Below are positions 9,113 to 18,340 of a stretch of 64,000 nucleotides of DNA, piece by piece. The translations under genes and the position numbers were made by a program. Location of the stretch: sequence record MW822007.1. The stretch is one strand, 5' to 3'. The DNA is from Escherichia phage BF15. Within the stretch, counting starts at the first letter, position 1; the number at the start of each line of letters is the position of its first letter. The notes beneath the pieces were generated by a model, which saw nothing but the letters and a program-made list of their open reading frames with translations, did no database searches and was not told where the DNA came from.

Positions 9113-11169
9113 TACATCTTGAACTTTTTAGACATTCCATTGATGTTAACCAAAGAAGCCAAGATTTGAGAAACTTCGTTTTCCTCTTCTTTTGATTCTT
9201 CTACAAGGAATTGATTAAACCCAGCCATTGGACGAACTTCACCAGTTTCCATTAGATGGTCGCCATCATATACCGATTCTTCTAATTGTTCAGAAGGAGG
9301 AACGATTGTGCCTTCGATTAGATACTTGTTATAAGCAGTTTCTTTCATCATGTACGTACTCACTTTATTAATCTTCAGCAAAATTCCACGTGGTAAAATA
9401 ACTTCAGCTTCTGATGGAAATCCTGATAAATGTCCTGGAACGATAACTTTGATTCGCTCAGCTCCTTTAATTACCATACCCACGCTAGTTTCAGCATCTT
9501 CATTGGCATACGCAGAATGACTACCCATATGCATTAAATCTTCAGCGTCAACAGAACCTTCTCCTTCACCAGAAAATACTGCACCGGAATCATCTAGAGC
9601 CATATAGTTTTTACCATACTCACCGAAGATATTTGGTTTAAGCGATGTGGATACGAAGTTCTTGAAGTAGAACATTTTATTTTCAATATTATGACGTAAA
9701 GTTTTAAAGGTAACTTCTTGTCCACGGTAAAGTGTAGTTCCTGGAGGAAGAACTGATCCTTTGGCAAAGGCAGAATCCATTGTCTCGATGTGTTTAATAG
9801 CTCGTTCCATATATTCTTCACGGGTAGAATCCGGTTTACCTAAAAGGAATGAGTTCATTTCAACATATGAATCTGCACAATAATCTTCAATTACATCAGA
9901 CTCAGCCTGAGTTAATCCTTTTGGAGTTACTTCAGTACTTGCATATTCATACGCTTGAGAAGCAGACTCATTAATCAATTTATAAACGCCATTCATGACA
10001 AATTGAACAATAGCTACCTTTTCATCTGGTGTGGCTTTAGAACCTTTAACTAAATCATTGACAATTTTCTTAATAACATCAAAGCTATTAGAAATATTAA
10101 TGTCAGCAAGATCACTTAAAATTTTATCAGTTTTATAATCAAAAAATTCTTTATTCTTTAAATATTCTTGAGAACCTTGATATGATATATCGCTCTGTAA
10201 CTTGATAGATGGATCACGTAAACGCGCATGAGCCAATGCAATATGATTTCGGAAGCTTTCTAATTCATAATCACTAGATTTAAAACGGGAAGCACTCCTC
10301 ATACCACCGATAGCTCCTTTGCTGAAGTTTGAACCAACCTGAATAACGCCAGAGTTCATTGGTCCTTCTGCTTTATATACCGGAACTTTAGATTCAAACT
10401 CTTGATATTTCTTAGCAGCGAAGCTATCACCCTGAAGTGAAGCATCGACAGTAGAGTATTGAGCTTGTGCTGCTAATCGACGACTAATTTTAGTTTTCTG
10501 AATAACAGCTTGATCCGTGCGCTTATCATTTTCTAAAGCAATAGAAGCAGCAACAGCGACAGCTTTAGGAACAGCATTACCTGTTTTAACGTCTACATAA
10601 ACATCACCAACCTTTGATTCAACTTTTGTGAATAACTCAGTTGAAATAGGAGGTACACCTGGAATGTCTTCTAAATTAGCATTTTTACGGTAAACCATAA
10701 TATATGCGTACTTTTTATCGTAATCCCAGATTTCCTTTAAAAGAACATATCGACCTGCTCCTTTAGTACGTACTAAACGGTCGGCAATAACTTGCATTTG
10801 ACGAGCTGCACCATTTGTTTTACTCTTTAGTACGCGGAATAAGCATGCGTCAATTTTATACTGTTTCATTGTTTGAAGAGCAGTATCAAAAACGGCATTA
10901 ATGACGCCAATTGGATTTCCACCTAAGTTTTTAAGTTTAACTAATGATAGTTTCTCATTAACACCTATCATTACGATATGCATCATTTTATCGCCTGGCT
11001 TAACGTTTTTATTTGTATCACCGCCAGAGGTGTATGTACAAAATCTAAATCCAGGAAGCACACTTTCTTCGCCTGCTTGAATAGCAAAAATTTGAGGTAT
11101 TTTATGCTTAGGATTTAAGTTAACAACCGGCGCCGAAGCGCCGTCAAATAATTCTGTAATAAGTTCCAT
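9112..11169 (-). CDS. Alt-like ADP-ribosyltransferase, tandem paralog (685 aa)
   Basis: Shares the MELITELFD N-terminus, CTYTSGGDTN, MHIV and FYFKNFVSTSL...EAEVILPRG (R-S-E ART motifs) with the adjacent alt gene. Confidence 0.8.
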   Translation of the reverse strand: MELITELFDGASAPVVNLNPKHKIPQIFAIQAGEESVLPGFRFCTYTSGGDTNKNVKPGDKMMHIVMIGVNEKLSLVKLKNLGGNPIGVINAVFDTALQTMKQYKIDACLFRVLKSKTNGAARQMQVIADRLVRTKGAGRYVLLKEIWDYDKKYAYIMVYRKNANLEDIPGVPPISTELFTKVESKVGDVYVDVKTGNAVPKAVAVAASIALENDKRTDQAVIQKTKISRRLAAQAQYSTVDASLQGDSFAAKKYQEFESKVPVYKAEGPMNSGVIQVGSNFSKGAIGGMRSASRFKSSDYELESFRNHIALAHARLRDPSIKLQSDISYQGSQEYLKNKEFFDYKTDKILSDLADINISNSFDVIKKIVNDLVKGSKATPDEKVAIVQFVMNGVYKLINESASQAYEYASTEVTPKGLTQAESDVIEDYCADSYVEMNSFLLGKPDSTREEYMERAIKHIETMDSAFAKGSVLPPGTTLYRGQEVTFKTLRHNIENKMFYFKNFVSTSLKPNIFGEYGKNYMALDDSGAVFSGEGEGSVDAEDLMHMGSHSAYANEDAETSVGMVIKGAERIKVIVPGHLSGFPSEAEVILPRGILLKINKVSTYMMKETAYNKYLIEGTIVPPSEQLEESVYDGDHLMETGEVRPMAGFNQFLVEESKEEENEVSQILASLVNINGMSKKFKM

Positions 11170-11172
11170 GAT

Positions 11173-13266
11173 TTATCCTTGAACGAACTTGTAAGGCATG
11201 TTTGCAATATCTATGCAAGATGCAATAATTCCAAGAGATGATTCTACTTTTTGTTTAACATTTGATGAAACAAATGATGCAAAGTCAACTCTGTCTTCTA
11301 TTTCAATATCACCTGTCATTGCAACTACTTCGCCGGTTTCCATTAGACGGTCACCGTCATAAATTACTGATTCGGTGAGTTCTTCCGTAGTCATAACTTC
11401 AGCTTGAATGAGTTTTGTATTATTAGATGTTGTTCCGTCATTATTAGAAGCATCAGTTATTTTATTAACTTTGACCATCAATCCGCGTGGTAGAATAACT
11501 TCAGCTTCTGTTGCTATTCCGAGACTTCCTGGATATACAACATTAACTTTATGAGCTCCATCAATTGCCCATCCTATTTGAACTTTAACGTATTCAGGAT
11601 TTTCTTTATACGCTCTTATTTCGTTTGGATTAATAGTTATTCCTTCTTCATTTTTATCAACTGTCAATTCATTACGAGCTTCTGGTTCTAAAAGACCAAT
11701 ACCAGCATGTGTAATTCCAAAACGTCCAAAAATGATAGGAGTTAAAGAAGTAGATACAAAATTTCTGAAATAGAACACTTTATTTTTAACTAGTGCTTCG
11801 TATATAGGAGCAGTCATGCTTTGAGCACGATAAACTGTAATGCCTTCTGGTATACGGTCACCATTTTCAAAAGCTGAATCTAAATTATTTATCGCAGATT
11901 CAATTTCTTTTTCACTCATTACATCATATCGTTCTGGATTGTAGCGGCCTAAAAGAAGATTATTGATGTCAGTATATCCTGATCCACAATACTCTCTAAT
12001 GCCGCGCTTTTGCGATGGAGTATATTTAGAACCATCACGGGCAATAGTAATATCAATCATTGGACCTGCACCAATTCCAGAAAAGCTATAAATCATTCGT
12101 TTGAGGAATTTAGTTTTTGCTGCGTTCCAGGAATTTTTAGTTATTTCTTCCCAGACTTCATCTGGCTGCCCTTTACGAGTTTTATTATGTTTATCAAGCC
12201 AATTATCTTTATATTCTTCAAAGAATTTATTAACAGCTGCTGCGTATTTCTCTAAACATTTTATTGAAGTAGTTGGTTCATTTTTGATCGCGTTAAAAAT
12301 TACATCTTTAATTTTTTCAGAAACTTCATCAACCTCACTTTTTGGAAAGAATTTATAGTCATAGTGAAGTTCATCTGCGGTTCCTTCGGCAATGATTTTT
12401 GCTGCCTTAGTTTTAGAAGCTAATGAATTAATTCCAAGCTTCATTTCTTCTGCTTCGGGAATTAAAGGAGCAGTAGCAGGTTTATTGAAATTAGCTGCAG
12501 TAGATTCATACTTCTGGAATAATTCGCTTTCAAATCTAGAAGATTCTAATGATTGACTTTGCGCAATTGCTCTACGGGAAATTTTAACTTTAACAATAAC
12601 AGCTTGGTCAGAACGTTTATCGTTTTCTTGCGCAATAGATGCTGCAATTGCCTCATTTTTAGTTACTTGAGCTCCAGTATCTTTATTGATATAAACATCG
12701 CCGACTTTCGATTCAACTTTAGTAAAGAGCTCGGTACTAATTTCTGGAACTCCTGGAATGTCTTCTAATGATACATTTTTGCGATGTATAAGAATATATG
12801 CATACTTTTTATCGTAATCCCAGAGTTCCTTAAGAAGGACGTATCTGCCACCTGAACGACTACGGATAAGTCTATCAGCAATAACTTGAATTTGTCGAGC
12901 TTGACCAGCAGTTTTAGACTTAAGAATACGAAGCATGCAGGCATCAATTTTATACTGACGCATCGTTTGCATCGCAACAGTAAAAACTGAATTGATATAA
13001 TTAATTGGGCTTGGACCGAGACCTTTTAATTTAGCAATTGAACCTTTAGCAGTTAATGTAAAAGGAACAATATGCATCATTTTATCGCCCATTTTTAAAT
13101 CACGGTTAGTATCACCTCCAGATGTATAGGTACATAAACGAAAGCCTGGTTGTTCAATTGCGTCATCGACATGAACTGAAAAAATTTGTGGTATTTTCTT
13201 CTTTGGATTTAAGTTTGTAATCGGAAGAGTAGTATCTTCGTCAAATAATTCTGTAATAAGTTCCAT
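11173..13266 (-). CDS. alt: Alt ADP-ribosyltransferase (capsid-packaged)
   Basis: 697 aa from second Met; MELITELFDEDTTLPITNLNPKKKIPQIF N-terminus; STS and EAEVILPRG motifs; adjacent to gene 30. Confidence 0.85.
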   Translation of the reverse strand: MELITELFDEDTTLPITNLNPKKKIPQIFSVHVDDAIEQPGFRLCTYTSGGDTNRDLKMGDKMMHIVPFTLTAKGSIAKLKGLGPSPINYINSVFTVAMQTMRQYKIDACMLRILKSKTAGQARQIQVIADRLIRSRSGGRYVLLKELWDYDKKYAYILIHRKNVSLEDIPGVPEISTELFTKVESKVGDVYINKDTGAQVTKNEAIAASIAQENDKRSDQAVIVKVKISRRAIAQSQSLESSRFESELFQKYESTAANFNKPATAPLIPEAEEMKLGINSLASKTKAAKIIAEGTADELHYDYKFFPKSEVDEVSEKIKDVIFNAIKNEPTTSIKCLEKYAAAVNKFFEEYKDNWLDKHNKTRKGQPDEVWEEITKNSWNAAKTKFLKRMIYSFSGIGAGPMIDITIARDGSKYTPSQKRGIREYCGSGYTDINNLLLGRYNPERYDVMSEKEIESAINNLDSAFENGDRIPEGITVYRAQSMTAPIYEALVKNKVFYFRNFVSTSLTPIIFGRFGITHAGIGLLEPEARNELTVDKNEEGITINPNEIRAYKENPEYVKVQIGWAIDGAHKVNVVYPGSLGIATEAEVILPRGLMVKVNKITDASNNDGTTSNNTKLIQAEVMTTEELTESVIYDGDRLMETGEVVAMTGDIEIEDRVDFASFVSSNVKQKVESSLGIIASCIDIANMPYKFVQG

Positions 13267-13289
13267 CATATCCTCTCTAGTGTTTATTC

Positions 13290-13297
13290 TATTTATA
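13290..13297 (-). promoter_or_regulatory. Late promoter (TATAAATA) upstream of alt
   Basis: Minus strand TATAAATA about 25 nt upstream of the alt start. Confidence 0.5.
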
Positions 13298-13302
13298 AAA
13301 TT

Positions 13303-13322
13303 AAAGGCCCGAAGGCCTTTAA
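13303..13322 (-). terminator. Tetraloop hairpin (GGCC-CGAA-GGCC) with T-rich tail
   Basis: aaaggcccgaaggccttt; minus strand hairpin followed by TTTAATTTTAT. Confidence 0.45.
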
Positions 13323-13507
13323 TAATCTAGTGGTAAGAGAGTACGATATATTTCAAACTTTGGCCCTTTTTCATAGGCATCAAATGTTTCTGTAAATTTA
13401 TTATAAGCATATGCATCTACAAATTCGAGAACGATTTGTGATACAGAAGTAGAAACATCTCCACCTTCTTTTTGAGCCACGACAATTGTTTCTAAGTAAG
13501 CTTTCAT
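13319..13507 (-). CDS. Hypothetical protein, 62 aa
   Basis: Track ORF; start overlaps the ligase stop. Confidence 0.5.
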   Translation of the reverse strand: MKAYLETIVVAQKEGGDVSTSVSQIVLEFVDAYAYNKFTETFDAYEKGPKFEIYRTLLPLDY

Positions 13508-14964
13508 AAACCAGTTACCTCATGAAAATCACCAAATACATCCTCAAATGTATTAGCTTTAGTTTTATCTTCACGTAAACGAATCGCAATCGGAAGAAAT
13601 AATTTAACGTAATCAGTGCGGCCATCAGATTTTAACCAACCATTGCATTCGCACTCTAGAATTTTTCCAATATAATAATTTTGGTTTTCCATAATGCGAG
13701 TACGGTCAAGTTCATGTGATTTTACGCCAGCTTTATCTTTTAAGCCTGAACCTGCATTTACTTTAATTTTTCCACACTCTGATTCAAGAATAAATCCACC
13801 CGCTTTAGTAGGGTCTTTACGGTGAGGATAAATTCCTACAATTTTTAAATCAACATCAATTACTTCTTTAAATTTATAAAGATTTTTTGAACGAGCATTT
13901 TCCCACAATCCATCGATATTTTTGAGAATAATACCTTCAAGACCTTGGTCAATATACTTTTTATAAATTACCTTAGCTTCATCTAGGTTATTTACTACCT
14001 GGTTTTCAATTAAAATTACTTTATCATATCCTGATGTCATTTGTTCTAGTTTAGAAAAACGTACATCATATTTTAAACGAAACGCCGGAAGACCGTATAT
14101 TTCTACCAACGGAACATAATCCCAGACCTGAAACTTCATGCATTTGGCTTCTTTTTCTGAAATAGTTCCCTTTAAAGATTTATTGGCGATTCCATTAGAA
14201 GCAGTACGAGATTCAGCTACTTCGGCAAACTCTTTAGCTTTACTATTTTCAGGAGCATCAAAAAGAAAATCTAGGCCTTCTGGTTCCTTTTCAACTTGCT
14301 CATGGTATACCAATTCGCCATCGATTAACACGCCTTCTGGATGAATCTGGCGGGCTTCAGCAGTCATTTTGATTAACTCTTCCTTAAGAAGATCTAATCC
14401 TAGGTATTCATTGCCAGCTCGTGATAAAAGACGAACATCATCTAATTCATCACCTCTGACTTCAGCAAAACACCGAGCTCCATCTGCTTTTAACTGCGCA
14501 AAAGCTGGAAACTTGATATTCTTACTAATGCCTTTTTCATCATAAGAACTTGCCAGCATTTGAGGTTGTTCAGGAATTAAACCTGGCCAAACTTTGTTTG
14601 CAATAGATACTGAAGCACCGCATTCAAGGTCTCGCATCATAACTCGACGCAAAACTTCAACATCATCCTTTTTACCATCGGTGATATATCCAGTTAATTC
14701 CTCAATTGCTGCATTGCCAGTTAATTTCCGAGTAGCTAACGTAAATTCAATAAAGTCAAGCATATCGGTAATAGTCAGCATTCCAAAACTCTGGGTAGCA
14801 ATACCAGGTTTAGGCCATTTCTTGATATAATACTGTAACCCACGAGAATAAGTCAGACGATATACTCGTTTAAGCAATTCATTATTTTTATTCTTTTCAA
14901 GAATTGCTTGCTTCTGTTTAGTTGATCCAATAGATGCTATTTCATTCAGAATTTTAAGAATCAT
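13504..14964 (-). CDS. 30: ATP-dependent DNA ligase gp30
   Basis: 486 aa; KADGAR adenylation motif; matches recalled T4 ligase. Confidence 0.95.
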   Translation of the reverse strand: MILKILNEIASIGSTKQKQAILEKNKNNELLKRVYRLTYSRGLQYYIKKWPKPGIATQSFGMLTITDMLDFIEFTLATRKLTGNAAIEELTGYITDGKKDDVEVLRRVMMRDLECGASVSIANKVWPGLIPEQPQMLASSYDEKGISKNIKFPAFAQLKADGARCFAEVRGDELDDVRLLSRAGNEYLGLDLLKEELIKMTAEARQIHPEGVLIDGELVYHEQVEKEPEGLDFLFDAPENSKAKEFAEVAESRTASNGIANKSLKGTISEKEAKCMKFQVWDYVPLVEIYGLPAFRLKYDVRFSKLEQMTSGYDKVILIENQVVNNLDEAKVIYKKYIDQGLEGIILKNIDGLWENARSKNLYKFKEVIDVDLKIVGIYPHRKDPTKAGGFILESECGKIKVNAGSGLKDKAGVKSHELDRTRIMENQNYYIGKILECECNGWLKSDGRTDYVKLFLPIAIRLREDKTKANTFEDVFGDFHEVTGL

Positions 14965-15230
14965 TGTTCATCCTTCAGAGTTTGATTTACATCTCTATTA
15001 TAAATCAATTCATCATTAAGCTCAGGCAAAGACTTATGATATGTCGTTCTAACTTTATTTCCTTGCATCCAGTGCTTGACGTAAATGAAACCTTGCTCTA
15101 CACATTTTTTAAAAATTCGTTCGTCTTTTTGAGCACGGAATTCTGGATTGCATCTAAAAAATTGATTTACGTGACCGTAATCACGTGTAGTATTACCTTC
15201 ATTTTCATAAATAGTATGAACAACAAACAT
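14961..15230 (-). CDS. Hypothetical protein (30.x cluster)
   Basis: 89-aa track ORF, translationally coupled. Confidence 0.55.
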   Translation of the reverse strand: MFVVHTIYENEGNTTRDYGHVNQFFRCNPEFRAQKDERIFKKCVEQGFIYVKHWMQGNKVRTTYHKSLPELNDELIYNRDVNQTLKDEQ

Positions 15231-16069
15231 TAGAATGCTCCTTGAAAAATATTATCACCACTAGTAGGTCTATTATACAAATACTCTATGCCACCAGGTT
15301 TAATATAGTTCCATGTCTGAAACGGATGTGTCTGATATGGATGATATAGATGATTATAAGGATTAAATCCAGGCGTTCTCCAGGTAGTGTTCCAAGGAAA
15401 AGAATCGTTTTTAACCATCTTCTCAATTAAATCTTTTATAGCTTTTTCACTATCAAAACTTTCTTTATTTTCCTTCGGCGAAAAAAGCTTATTTTCTACA
15501 TCATTCCATGTATAAACTCGCTGCGCAGTTTTTGGAATATTATCACGCTCCCCTCGAGCCATCCAATAAACAGGAACATTTAATATTTCACTCGCATGAT
15601 CGCAGTGATGAGCGAGATCGTCAATATAACAAATTACGTTATATTTCTCTTTTGCCTTTTTGAACAGCTCTTCTTTTGAAGAATCATGACCACACATCAT
15701 TACTTCCGAGAAAGCACCAGGAAAAAGAGCATTCAAATTAAATTGACGATTCAATAAAGCGTCAATAGAATCACCCAATGCTGTAACAGCAACAAAATTA
15801 TAATCTTCTTTTAATTTGTTAATTACACACAGGGCATCTTTATACGGAGACAAGTAACGAATAAAATCTGAACGATTGTATTTTTCAATTAACTTGACGC
15901 CAAGTTCTTCGTCACAATTAAAGAGTTTACCTGGAGAAATAAATTTCTCATCTTGGATCATTTTTAAAATATGTTCTAACGGAAGATTATATTTCTGAGC
16001 AAAATAAGGAAGGCCTGATTGCCAGCTTAAACATACTCCATCAATATCAGTCAAAATAGTTGGTTTCAT
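15230..16069 (-). CDS. HAD-superfamily hydrolase-like protein (possible nucleotidase)
   Basis: 279 aa; N-terminal LTDIDGV (DxDG) motif and later CYIDDLAHH acidic motif. Confidence 0.5.
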   Translation of the reverse strand: MKPTILTDIDGVCLSWQSGLPYFAQKYNLPLEHILKMIQDEKFISPGKLFNCDEELGVKLIEKYNRSDFIRYLSPYKDALCVINKLKEDYNFVAVTALGDSIDALLNRQFNLNALFPGAFSEVMMCGHDSSKEELFKKAKEKYNVICYIDDLAHHCDHASEILNVPVYWMARGERDNIPKTAQRVYTWNDVENKLFSPKENKESFDSEKAIKDLIEKMVKNDSFPWNTTWRTPGFNPYNHLYHPYQTHPFQTWNYIKPGGIEYLYNRPTSGDNIFQGAF

Positions 16070-16530
16070 AGAGAGTCTCTTAATAGGTTTAACACATCAA
16101 TAAATTCAGCTTCGGTTAGTATTGTATCATCTTTTGTTAGACCACTAGCCATGCTGTGCTTCAAAACTTTTCCTTTCGAGGCTTGTAATGCATCACGAAA
16201 ACCCCTGTTTTGGATCGCTGCTTCAAAATATGCATTTGTGTATAATTCTTTCCATGCTTCGGAATATCTTGAAAACGGAGTTCCAAGCCAGAACAACGTG
16301 CCACGGTCCTGAGCTCTTGCATAAGCTCGTCCAGCTTTTTGCGCGTCCAACCCGGACATCCCAAATATACGTCTTTGCTGTTCAACATTTTTCACCTTAC
16401 ATCCTTGGAGGAATCCTTCTAGACCTCCAAATTGAATACCATCCATAACGAAAGGCCATTGGGCGAAATTGCTTAATGCACATGATGGCCATTTAAAATT
16501 GCTTCTAATCTCTAACTCAGACATTTTCAA
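16066..16530 (-). CDS. Hypothetical protein
   Basis: 154-aa track ORF in operon context. Confidence 0.55.
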   Translation of the reverse strand: MKMSELEIRSNFKWPSCALSNFAQWPFVMDGIQFGGLEGFLQGCKVKNVEQQRRIFGMSGLDAQKAGRAYARAQDRGTLFWLGTPFSRYSEAWKELYTNAYFEAAIQNRGFRDALQASKGKVLKHSMASGLTKDDTILTEAEFIDVLNLLRDSL

Positions 16531-16723
16531 TACTTATAATTTCAACATCAGCCCAATGACCATAGCAAGGAAGACGAAATTCAACTGGCCAGTTAGGGTC
16601 CTTTTCTAATATAATAGACTGAACTTGTGACTCTTCATATTCATCGGTATACGGACCTTTATACGTTACTTTATATGTGACCTTAATGTACTGAATTCCA
16701 AAAATCTTATTAATTATATTCAT
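16517..16723 (-). CDS. Hypothetical protein
   Basis: 68-aa track ORF. Confidence 0.45.
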   Translation of the reverse strand: MNIINKIFGIQYIKVTYKVTYKGPYTDEYEESQVQSIILEKDPNWPVEFRLPCYGHWADVEIISIENV

Positions 16724-16917
16724 ACTAATTCCTTTAATCCGTAAATAGGAGATAATTCATCACCCATACGAAGGTCTTCATTTCCATCTACCCAGGAAAC
16801 AATATAAGCCTCTTTTATTTGAATACCACTCCATTTAAATGGAGATAGAACCTTAGAAATTAATCCAGGTATACCAACTCCCTTTAATTCAACAGTTTGA
16901 CCTAAAAAGAATTTCAT
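16720..16917 (-). CDS. Hypothetical protein
   Basis: 65-aa track ORF, ATGA-coupled. Confidence 0.45.
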   Translation of the reverse strand: MKFFLGQTVELKGVGIPGLISKVLSPFKWSGIQIKEAYIVSWVDGNEDLRMGDELSPIYGLKELV

Positions 16918-17255
16918 TAGAACCTCATCTGAAAACCGTGCGATTTAACATTACCACCACCAATGTCAGAAATATTAATTTCACGCGCAATTGAAGGGTC
17001 AATGTCAATTTCACGATTGAGTTTAACGATAGCTAAAGTATCGCGCCCATTTACACTACGGAACTCTAAGGGGCAGACTACATTAACGTAGTTTTTAATC
17101 GATTCACTGGTAGGTTGCAAATGAGCAGGAAGGCCTTTAGGCGCCTTTGAGAAAACCACTTCACAGAAATTTTTACGGGTATCAAAATAAGTAGTCATAA
17201 ACATAGTATTTTCCTCAGTAAGGGGCCGAAGCCCCTGTTTTATTTTAAATATCAA
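16917..17255 (-). CDS. Hypothetical protein
   Basis: 112-aa track ORF. Confidence 0.5.
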   Translation of the reverse strand: MIFKIKQGLRPLTEENTMFMTTYFDTRKNFCEVVFSKAPKGLPAHLQPTSESIKNYVNVVCPLEFRSVNGRDTLAIVKLNREIDIDPSIAREINISDIGGGNVKSHGFQMRF

Positions 17256-17610
17256 ATTCGTTAAGAACTACATCAAAGATTGCTTTAAGATGCTCAGGTT
17301 TAGCTCTGTTACTCAGAATATGACGAATCCAAGTTTTAACCAGAAGCTTACGATTGACGCCATTCCAGCAAGGATGAGTACCTAAATCACGTTGACGGAA
17401 ATCATCATCTAATGCGATTTTAAAAGAAGAACCTTCTTTCGTGATTGAAACCGTGATGCCATTTTCAAATCGCATATAAACGTAGTTAGGAGTCATATAC
17501 TGTTCAATTTCACATACTGATCCATTTTGATGTTTCCAAAGGCAGATAGTATCAATAGAACCTGCAATACCGTTAGAAACATATTTACGTTCAAAGTTAA
17601 TGTAGTTCAT
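17245..17610 (-). CDS. Hypothetical protein
   Basis: 121-aa track ORF preceded by GGAGAATAAAAATG. Confidence 0.55.
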   Translation of the reverse strand: MNYINFERKYVSNGIAGSIDTICLWKHQNGSVCEIEQYMTPNYVYMRFENGITVSITKEGSSFKIALDDDFRQRDLGTHPCWNGVNRKLLVKTWIRHILSNRAKPEHLKAIFDVVLNEFDI

Positions 17611-17647
17611 TTTTATTCTCCGAGATATTTAATTGCGGTACAGGTAT

Positions 17648-17676
17648 ATAATATCATATCCTGTACCAAAGTAAAC
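17648..17676 (-). promoter_or_regulatory. T4-type early promoter
   Basis: Minus strand GTTTAC-N17-TATTAT. Confidence 0.55.
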
Positions 17677-17678
17677 AA

Positions 17679-18011
17679 TTATTTTACTACTTTCCAATGT
17701 TGCATGTCAAGTTTACCAACTTTTTTCATCTTCTCAATTAAGCGTTCGGCACGCTGGCGAGCTGTAACATAATACCATTCACCTAATTCATTTTGTTCAA
17801 TTTTTCCAACGATTACTGTATTCAATTCATAAATCCAACCAGTAAAGAAATTATGAACTTGGATTGTAAAGGTGAAATCTGTTCCCATACCTTCTGTTGT
17901 TTCTACTTCAATAATATCACCTTCAACTGCCATTAAGAACCACATAGTTTCGTTATATTCACCATTGAAGCATTTAGTTTTAACTGTGGCGTTCAGATTA
18001 ATCGTTTTCAT
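17679..18011 (-). CDS. Hypothetical protein
   Basis: 110-aa track ORF preceded by GGAGAATAAAATG. Confidence 0.55.
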   Translation of the reverse strand: MKTINLNATVKTKCFNGEYNETMWFLMAVEGDIIEVETTEGMGTDFTFTIQVHNFFTGWIYELNTVIVGKIEQNELGEWYYVTARQRAERLIEKMKKVGKLDMQHWKVVK

Positions 18012-18038
18012 TTTATTCTCCTTTGTTTGTGTAAGATA

Positions 18039-18068
18039 ATACTATCACAAAGGAACTATACTGTAAAC
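18039..18068 (-). promoter_or_regulatory. T4-type early promoter
   Basis: Minus strand GTTTACAGTATAGTTCCTTTGTGATAGTAT. Confidence 0.55.
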
Positions 18069-18087
18069 AACTTTATGCAATCTTTGG

Positions 18088-18118
18088 AAAATAAAAAAGG
18101 ACTCCCGAAGGAGTCCTC
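18088..18118 (-). terminator. Rho-independent terminator (minus strand)
   Basis: GGACTCC-CGAA-GGAGTCC hairpin then TTTTTTATTTT on the minus strand. Confidence 0.6.
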
Positions 18119-18121
18119 AAC

Positions 18122-18340
18122 TTATGCTTTCTGCTTACCAAAACGAGAAGCATCATCTCGAAGAACCGCACGTGCTCGGCGCATGATCTTCTCAACAGTT
18201 TGATTGATACGAGAGTTCGACCCACGCTTGTAACCAGCGCGTTTAGAATCACCAACTTTCTTTTCAACTGCTTTCTTTGCTTTAGCTTGTTTTGCCATTA
18301 TAAATTCTCTTTTAAATGAAAATGCAGGACTTATTGGCAT
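18122..18340 (-). CDS. Small basic hypothetical protein (start may be the internal Met near 18298)
   Basis: Track ORF; Lys/Arg-rich MAKQAKAKKAVEKK... Confidence 0.5.
   Translation of the reverse strand: MPISPAFSFKREFIMAKQAKAKKAVEKKVGDSKRAGYKRGSNSRINQTVEKIMRRARAVLRDDASRFGKQKA

Noticed and set aside
17221-17240. GGGGC-CGAA-GCCCC hairpin followed by a U-run on the plus strand, as a plus-strand terminator
   Set aside because: No plus-strand gene ends here; it lies at the overlap of two minus-strand ORFs and is more likely an mRNA stability hairpin.
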